Shown here one piece after another: positions 33,988 through 39,511 of a stretch of 39,511 bases of DNA (position 1 is its first letter; every line of letters begins with the position of its first letter). The stretch is from an uncultured Candidatus Peribacteria bacterium (lineage in GTDB: Bacteria; Patescibacteriota; Gracilibacteria; UM-FILTER-43-11): NCBI GenBank assembly GCA_964571805.1, contig CAZNDI010000002.1, positions 1 to 39,511 of the forward strand, given 5' to 3'. A program made the position numbers and the translations under genes. The notes below the pieces were generated by a model. That model saw only the letters and a list, made by a program, of their open reading frames with translations, did not search any database and was not told the origin of the DNA.

Positions 33988-36627
33988 ATGCTCAAAAAAC
34001 TCATCAACGCGATCATCGGGGACCCGAATGAAAAGTTGATCAAAAAAAAATTACCTCTCGTGCAAGCCATCAATAAAAAAGAGGAGGAATACCAAGCGTT
34101 GACAGACGAAGCTTTAAAAGCCAAAACTCAGGAATTTATCGACCGAATCGAGGCAGGAGAAACCCCCGACCAAATCTTGGTTGAAGCCTTTGCCGTGGTC
34201 AAGAATGCCTGTCGTCGTTTGAATGGAAAAACGTTTACGGTGGGAAAGGAAGAAAAAAAATGGGACATGATCCCCTACGACGTTCAACTTTTGGGAGGCA
34301 TCATGATTCACGAAGGAAAAATTGCGGAGATGAAAACGGGAGAGGGAAAAACATTGGTCGCCAGCTTGCCACTTTATCTGAATGCCTTGACCAAAAAGGG
34401 AGCGCACCTGGTGACCGTCAATGATTATTTGGCCCGTCGAGATTCGGAATGGATGGGGGTTTTATATCATTTTTTGGGCCTTTCTACAGGTGTGATTGTG
34501 CATGGCATCAACCAAACGGAGCGAAAAGAAGCCTACAATGCAGACATCACTTATGGAACCAACAATGAATTTGGCTTCGATTATTTGAGGGACAATATGG
34601 TGGGCTCCATGGAAAACCGAGTTCAACGGGAATTGAATTATGCCATTGTGGACGAAGTGGATTCAATTTTGATCGATGAAAGTCGGACCCCCCTCATCAT
34701 TTCTGCCCCTGCTGAGCAATCGACTCAAAAATATTATCAGTATGCTCAGCTCATTGAACAATTGGTGAAAGATGTGGATTATAATATTGATGAGAAAGCT
34801 CGTTCCGCCACCCTCACCGAAGAAGGGGTAGCTAAAATGGAGCAACTTTTGGGGATCGAAAATATTTATACCGAAGCAGGATTCATGGAGGTTCACCACA
34901 TTGAACAATCATTGAAGGCAAAAGCCATCTTCCAGCGAGACAAAGACTATTTAGTCAAGGATGATGAGATCATTATTGTGGATGAGTTTACGGGCCGCCT
35001 GATGCCTGGTCGACGTTATAGCGATGGCCTCCACCAAGCCATTGAAGCCAAAGAAAATGTTGAAGTAAAGCGGGAAAGTCGCACCTTGGCCACGATCACG
35101 TTTCAGAATTTTTTTAGACTTTACGACAAATTAGCAGGGATGACCGGAACGGCTAAAACTGAGGAGGAGGAATTTTACAAAATTTATGGACTAGAAACAG
35201 TAGTCATCCCCACGAACCAGGCCGTTACGCGGCAAGATTTGCCTGATTTGCTCTTTAAAAATGCCCGGGGCAAGTGGAATAATGTGGTCAAAGAAATCAA
35301 AGAGCATCACGAAAAGGGCCAACCGGTGCTCGTGGGCACCATCAGCGTGGAAAAATCGGAGATGCTTTCTCAGTTGTTGAAATTGGCGGGAGTGAGGCAC
35401 GAAGTCCTCAATGCCAAGCAGCATGAGCGGGAGGCCGAAATTGTGTCGCTGGCGGGACAAAAAGATGCAGTGACTATTGCCACCAACATGGCGGGCCGAG
35501 GAACAGACATCAAGTTGGGAGAAGGCGTGCGTGAGTTGGGAGGTTTGGCGATCATTGGAACCGAGCGTCACGATTCTAGGCGTATCGACAACCAGCTCCG
35601 AGGACGAGCGGGACGCCAGGGGGATCCGGGATTCTCACGATTTTTCATTTCGATGGATGATGATTTGGCTCGTCTTTTTGGTCAGGATCGGATGAAAAAT
35701 ATGATGGAGCGCTTGAATATTGATGAAAACATGCCTATTGAAAGTGGCTTGCTGAGCAGAGGGATTGAATCCGCTCAAAAGCGAGTGGAGGGCAATAATT
35801 TCGACATTCGAAAGCACCTTTTGGAATATGATGATGTGATGAATAAGCATCGAGGAATCATTTATTCTCGTCGCTTAAAAGTCTTGAAATCGGATGACAT
35901 TGCCGAAGACATTGAAAAAATGCTGCACGCCGAGGCCCATCATGTAGTGGTTTTACACACGTCTGAACCCATTCGATTGGATTGGGATTTGGAGGGGTTG
36001 GTCAAAAGTCTCAACACGATTTTACCCGACCGCATGAAGCCTTTGGACGGGGTCGATTTTGAAAAAATTGAAGAACGAGAAACCCTGGTCGAAAATGTGC
36101 AAAACATTTTTGTGGGGGAATATCGTCGTAAGACGGAAGCTCTTCCTGACCCTGCTATTTTTAGGAAAATCGAAAAGCAGGTCTCTTTAAGGGTGATGGA
36201 CACGCTTTGGATGGAACATATCAATCTGATGACGGAACTTCGAGAAGCGGTTTCATTGCGGGGCTATGCTCAGCGCAACCCCTTGATGGAGTACAAACAG
36301 GAGGCCTATCAGCTTTTTGCTAAGCTTTTGGAAACGATTCAGCACAACGTGGTAAATACCCTCTTTAAACTTGAAGTGAAGACCGAAACTCCCCTTCAAG
36401 AAAAAGAAATCTCTCCCGAACAATTTCAAACCAATGAAGCAGAAATCGAAGCCAATGTGACTCAGCCTCGGCTGACCCGAGACAGCTCCGAGAATTCAGT
36501 TCAAGCCGCCGTAGCTCAACGCATTTCTGCCGAAACCCCTGCCACCCCCGCTGCTCCAGAAGTGGGGCGAAATGAGGATTGTCCGTGCGGGAGTGGAAAG
36601 AAATATAAGAAATGTCACGGGGTGTGA
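33988..36627 (+). CDS. secA: Preprotein translocase ATPase SecA
   Basis: 879 aa. [11 protein letters not shown] Walker [15 protein letters not shown]-like box, [11 protein letters not shown]-terminal zinc motif [14 protein letters not shown]. Confidence 0.95.
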   Translation: MLKKLINAIIGDPNEKLIKKKLPLVQAINKKEEEYQALTDEALKAKTQEFIDRIEAGETPDQILVEAFAVVKNACRRLNGKTFTVGKEEKKWDMIPYDVQLLGGIMIHEGKIAEMKTGEGKTLVASLPLYLNALTKKGAHLVTVNDYLARRDSEWMGVLYHFLGLSTGVIVHGINQTERKEAYNADITYGTNNEFGFDYLRDNMVGSMENRVQRELNYAIVDEVDSILIDESRTPLIISAPAEQSTQKYYQYAQLIEQLVKDVDYNIDEKARSATLTEEGVAKMEQLLGIENIYTEAGFMEVHHIEQSLKAKAIFQRDKDYLVKDDEIIIVDEFTGRLMPGRRYSDGLHQAIEAKENVEVKRESRTLATITFQNFFRLYDKLAGMTGTAKTEEEEFYKIYGLETVVIPTNQAVTRQDLPDLLFKNARGKWNNVVKEIKEHHEKGQPVLVGTISVEKSEMLSQLLKLAGVRHEVLNAKQHEREAEIVSLAGQKDAVTIATNMAGRGTDIKLGEGVRELGGLAIIGTERHDSRRIDNQLRGRAGRQGDPGFSRFFISMDDDLARLFGQDRMKNMMERLNIDENMPIESGLLSRGIESAQKRVEGNNFDIRKHLLEYDDVMNKHRGIIYSRRLKVLKSDDIAEDIEKMLHAEAHHVVVLHTSEPIRLDWDLEGLVKSLNTILPDRMKPLDGVDFEKIEERETLVENVQNIFVGEYRRKTEALPDPAIFRKIEKQVSLRVMDTLWMEHINLMTELREAVSLRGYAQRNPLMEYKQEAYQLFAKLLETIQHNVVNTLFKLEVKTETPLQEKEISPEQFQTNEAEIEANVTQPRLTRDSSENSVQAAVAQRISAETPATPAAPEVGRNEDCPCGSGKKYKKCHGV

Positions 36628-36692
36628 CCCCCACCCTTTCGCCTGAGGCGTAATAACTCATGTTACCCACCTACCTGATTTTATGAGCGGAG

Positions 36693-36740
36693 AGCGGTGA
36701 GCCAAACACAATTTAGTTCTAGCAGGCTAACCACTTATAA
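36693..36740. repeat. Intergenic repeat family B, copy 2 (no insert)
   Basis: 32/38 identity to 135-172, then CCACTT as at 238-243. The preceding GAGCGGAGAGCGGTGAGC also occurs inverted at about 30388-30413. Confidence 0.6.
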
Positions 36741-36766
36741 GGCAAGGTGAATTATAAAAATAAAAC

Positions 36767-37195
36767 ATGAACCCTGATTTAATTCCAGTCATCGGCAAGT
36801 ATACTTTTTTAGTGATTGGAATTGGCCTCTTGAGCGGCGCTTTTTTTATGTATAGGAATATTCATCAGTTCATTGAAGAGAGCGTGGCCACAACGGGTAG
36901 GGTCGTTGACTATGAAACGGATTACAAAAAAGGCGAGAAGGAAACTTATTATCCTATTGTGGAATTTCAAACCCAAGCGGGTGAAACTCTGCAATTTCGC
37001 TCCGATTACGGCGGCTCCCCTGCTCCGTTTGAAAAAGACGAAATAGTGAAGGTACTTTACAACCCCAACACTCCTCAAGAGGCCAAGATCAATAGCTTCA
37101 TGTCTCTTTGGTTGGGTCTTGCCATTGTTGGCCCTCTTGGAGTCATTTTCTTCACCGTGGGCCTGGGATCGATCTTTTTTAAATGGGGCGAATAA
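36767..37195 (+). CDS. DUF3592-like membrane protein
   Basis: N- and C-terminal TM segments flank TTGRVVDYE...YYPIVEFQT..GE...F.S......PFEKDEIVKVLYNPNTPQEA, the DUF3592 pattern. Confidence 0.6.
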   Translation: MNPDLIPVIGKYTFLVIGIGLLSGAFFMYRNIHQFIEESVATTGRVVDYETDYKKGEKETYYPIVEFQTQAGETLQFRSDYGGSPAPFEKDEIVKVLYNPNTPQEAKINSFMSLWLGLAIVGPLGVIFFTVGLGSIFFKWGE

Positions 37196-37245
37196 AAAAT
37201 GAATTCCTCTTTCTTGAGCTCGCTTATTTTTAGTGGTCCCAAAAA

Positions 37246-37274
37246 TTTGACAAATTAATGTTTTTTTAATATTA
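37246..37274 (+). promoter_or_regulatory. Candidate sigma70 promoter
   Basis: TTGACA (37246-37251), 17-nt spacer, TATTAT (37269-37274). Confidence 0.5.
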
Positions 37275-37470
37275 TGTCTACCCTTGACTTCCTGGGCTCA
37301 TGACATCCTCCAGTTTTAGCCTCCACACGGCTAAAAAATTGTCACCCTGGGAAATTTATTTAAATTGAACAGGGTTTTATGACAACATTAGCTGACCAGA
37401 AAAATTTCAGGCAGAAACTGAAGGCTTACCACCCCCTCAGCCAGGAGGAAGGCGTTTTGACCCAATTTAT

Positions 37471-37884
37471 TTGGTCGACTGGCTCGCATTGAGTAAAGAA
37501 ATCCAAGCAAAAATATTAGCCGAACACCTCGCCCCAAGTGGCCTCACACATGACTGCGTCAATTTAATTGCAGAAGCAGCCCATAAAATTGAATTTTTAG
37601 AGGATCCAACAGAATCTGATTTGGAGCCAATTGATGGCCCACAGAGCCTTACTTTGGACAATTATGAAGGGTATATTGCACGTGCTTTTGGAAAAGAAAG
37701 GGGCTACGCAGCCAATTTTTGGAGAGGGATACTCCACGTGAGTGATCCTGAGGCAAAAAAACAGTTGAATACTCTGATTGAGGGCTACAATAAATCAATT
37801 ATAGCCGCAGCATCAGGCACCCGAAGACAATTGTGTGAACATTTTATGCAGGCCGGTTTAAAATTGGTGAGACCAGAATACTAA
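37471..37884 (+). CDS. Hypothetical protein (start uncertain)
   Basis: The ORF has only a TTG start. The frame is open from 37396 with no ATG. It is overlapped by a 37-codon ATG ORF (37379-37492) in another frame. Confidence 0.45.
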   Translation: MVDWLALSKEIQAKILAEHLAPSGLTHDCVNLIAEAAHKIEFLEDPTESDLEPIDGPQSLTLDNYEGYIARAFGKERGYAANFWRGILHVSDPEAKKQLNTLIEGYNKSIIAAASGTRRQLCEHFMQAGLKLVRPEY

Positions 37885-37973
37885 AATAAACATCAATTTC
37901 TAGCCCTAAAAAATTTATATCAGCCTCTCAAAAAAGTGGTTTTTTGGCTTATTTAAGCTTTAAAATAAGTATG

Positions 37974-38001
37974 TTGACAATTTTAATTGAGAACCTATAA
38001 T
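37974..38001 (+). promoter_or_regulatory. Candidate sigma70 promoter
   Basis: TTGACA (37974-37979), 16-nt spacer, TATAAT (37996-38001). Ends 29 nt before the ATG at 38031. Confidence 0.55.
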
Positions 38002-38030
38002 ATTGCACTAATAATTTATAACTTAATTTT

Positions 38031-38429
38031 ATGCTTAATCACGAACGCGCATTAGCTGAAGCAGAAGATGTCCTAAGAACATCATTAGATCGATTGAGAC
38101 ACTCAGACTCAAAAGAAGAGCTTTTAGACATAATTAAAATTGAAGCACGGCGAGCTATTGCACAGTATCTTAGCCCTCAAGAATTAGAAGACTTTATAAG
38201 AGATAGGATAGACGCTGGAAATACAGCTTTCTCCAATGGAATCGTTACAAGGAGACAGGAACTTAGGGTCGCAATTGATCAGGCAAATCAACTAACGAGA
38301 GTTGCAGATAATACCCTTCGCTTTGAAACCCTTAGAAAAATTAGCACATTGATAGCTGCTGACTTTGAACAAGAAAGACCAGGCGCATTTCCTAAATCTT
38401 TATTAGAGGGGGTTGAGGCAAGCACCTAG
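38031..38429 (+). CDS. Hypothetical helical protein
   Basis: 132-aa ATG ORF behind a consensus promoter. No motif recognised. Confidence 0.55.
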   Translation: MLNHERALAEAEDVLRTSLDRLRHSDSKEELLDIIKIEARRAIAQYLSPQELEDFIRDRIDAGNTAFSNGIVTRRQELRVAIDQANQLTRVADNTLRFETLRKISTLIAADFEQERPGAFPKSLLEGVEAST

Positions 38430-38480
38430 ATTGACAAGTTTCTCGTCTTGCGGCGACGGCAATCTTTTGGCAAAATAGCG

Positions 38481-38507
38481 TTAGCACTTCACTTTAGATG
38501 CTGCTAA
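38481..38507. promoter_or_regulatory. CIRCE-like operator (degenerate)
   Basis: TTAGCACTT-CACTTTAGA-TGCTGCTAA versus the consensus TTAGCACTC-N9-GAGTGCTAA. The left arm matches 8/9 and the right arm 6/9. The outer hexamers TTAGCA/TGCTAA are perfectly inverted. Sits directly upstream of hrcA. Confidence 0.5.
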
Positions 38508-38524
38508 CGCTTTTTGCCCTAGCT

Positions 38525-39232
38525 ATGGACCTACGACGACAAAAAATACTGGAAGCCATCATTGAAGCCTTCATCCAAAACGCCCTACCGGTAGGCTCCA
38601 AGCACCTCACTGAGGCCTACGATTTCAATGTGAGCTCCGCCACCATCCGGAACGAAATGGCTGAACTCGAAAAAGAAGGCTACATCCGCCAGCCCCACAC
38701 CTCCGCAGGACGCGTGCCCACCAGCCGAGCCTATCGCTTACTGGTCGACGCCCTCAAGGAAGAAAAAACGGTCATCAAAAAAGCTCAAGACGACATGCTG
38801 AGGATCGAAACTCAATATTATTTAAAGAAAACCAAACAAAAGCTCTACGATACGGTTTCCATCCTGGCCACCGCCACCCAAAACATCAGCTTTGCCACCT
38901 TACCCGACAAAGGGCAGTTCTTTTACATTGGCATTAGCCATATGCTCAAGCAACCCGAATTCATAGCCGAACCCGAAAAGGTGACCAAAGTCATCGAAAT
39001 CCTCGAACACCAACTGGCCAACGTCCTCTCCACCATGGACATCACCGAAAGCGGCTCCATCTATATAGGCGAAGAAAACCTCCTCCCCGAATTTCAGAGC
39101 TGCAGCCTCCTCGCCATCCCCTACTCTCACCAAGGCTTCTCGGGCATCATGGGCATCTTGGGTTCTACACGAATGAATTATGCCTACAATATCGCCGCCC
39201 TCAAGAGCGCAGTACAGATTTTGTATGAATAA
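38525..39232 (+). CDS. hrcA: Heat-inducible transcription repressor HrcA (short, about 235 aa)
   Basis: RRQKILEAII..F......VGSKHL......NVSSATIRNEMAELEKEGYIRQPHTSAGRVPTSRAYR is the HrcA wHTH signature. The ATG at 38525 is preferred because the track start at 38498 lies inside the CIRCE-like site. Confidence 0.85.
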   Translation: MDLRRQKILEAIIEAFIQNALPVGSKHLTEAYDFNVSSATIRNEMAELEKEGYIRQPHTSAGRVPTSRAYRLLVDALKEEKTVIKKAQDDMLRIETQYYLKKTKQKLYDTVSILATATQNISFATLPDKGQFFYIGISHMLKQPEFIAEPEKVTKVIEILEHQLANVLSTMDITESGSIYIGEENLLPEFQSCSLLAIPYSHQGFSGIMGILGSTRMNYAYNIAALKSAVQILYE

Positions 39233-39246
39233 AGGGGGTTAAGAGG

Positions 39247-39470
39247 CCTCCCCCGGCCCCGCGGAAGCTAAGGGACCTCCCCCGGGCCCTCCGAAGGAGG
39301 GGAGCTATCGCAAATCTCCCCTAACCCCTCTTTATCAAGAGGGGAATACCGCCCCAGTCCGCCTCGGAAGCTAAGGGACCTCCCCCGGCCCCTCCCAAGG
39401 AGGGGAGCAAAGATAAGAGACCTCCCCCGGCCCCTCCCAAGGAGGGGAGCAAAGACAAGTAAGATAAGTT
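39247..39470. repeat. Array of mosaic GC-rich repeat modules (family A and relatives) after hrcA
   Basis: Contains CCTCCCCCGGCCCC..., CCCTCCGAAGGAGGGG and CCCCTCTTTATCAAGAGGGG hairpins. Two tandem 42-bp units (39377-39418 and 39419-39460) match at 40/42. Confidence 0.8.
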
Positions 39471-39511
39471 TTAATTGTCACTCTAGGACAAACGGAGTGC
39501 GATCCTAGAGT
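39448..39511. repeat. 64-bp repeat, inverted partner of 25751-25814, truncated by the window end
   Basis: 63/64 match to the reverse complement of 25751-25814. Includes the H2 hairpin. Confidence 0.85.

Noticed and set aside
38498-38524. Track-predicted hrcA start at 38498
   Set aside because: That ATG lies inside the CIRCE-like inverted repeat, and the added residues (MLLTLFALA) are not part of the conserved HrcA N-terminus. The ATG at 38525 (MDLRRQKIL) fits better.
39377-39460. Possible CRISPR array, given the two tandem 42-bp units and nearby GC-rich palindromes
   Set aside because: The units abut directly with no unique spacers. There are only two copies, and they belong to the dispersed repeat family also seen at 25619 and 29625. 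No cas genes are in the window.
1-39511. Alternative genetic code (UGA recoded as Gly or Trp, as in some CPR and Mollicutes lineages)
   Set aside because: All conserved genes (serS, ftsH, ppdK, secA and others) are full length under code 11. Several, including ftsH, pdxS and pdxT, terminate at TGA at the expected protein ends.

Overview
39.5-kb window of a moderately AT-rich bacterial chromosome that uses the standard genetic code: every conserved gene is intact and TGA acts as a stop. The compact housekeeping genes, weak Shine-Dalgarno usage and many ORFans suggest an uncultivated small-genome lineage (CPR/Patescibacteria-like). That placement is inference only. Backbone genes: serS, ftsH, hsp20, galU, a TPR protein, a RibL-like nucleotidyltransferase, ftsX-like, recO and an AI-2E permease (3-11.5 kb). 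Then ppdK, pdxS, pdxT, murI (26-31 kb), secA (34-36.6 kb) and hrcA (38.5-39.2 kb). Three accessory layers stand out. (1) An ~8.5-kb integrative element (11.5-20.0 kb) lies between a tRNA-like 3' fragment and an intact tRNA-Gly(GCC). It is bracketed by an exact 17-bp direct repeat and carries a RadC/JAB protein, a Cys-rich lipoprotein, a P-loop replication-like protein, a Zn-ribbon protein and a large serine recombinase whose last codons lie inside the tRNA gene. (2) A tightly packed seven-gene minus-strand operon of acidic ORFans (20.2-25.6 kb) has had one gene recently cut by a complete 1460-bp ISL3/ISAon1-like IS with 29-bp inverted repeats and an 8-bp target duplication. (3) Several families of dispersed GC-rich palindromic intergenic repeats occur, including a hairpin family with compensatory stem changes and a 64-bp inverted pair flanking 13.6 kb of core genes. 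No CRISPR array, rRNA or known defence system was recognised. All homology calls come from motif recognition by eye. No database search or numeric composition analysis was run.
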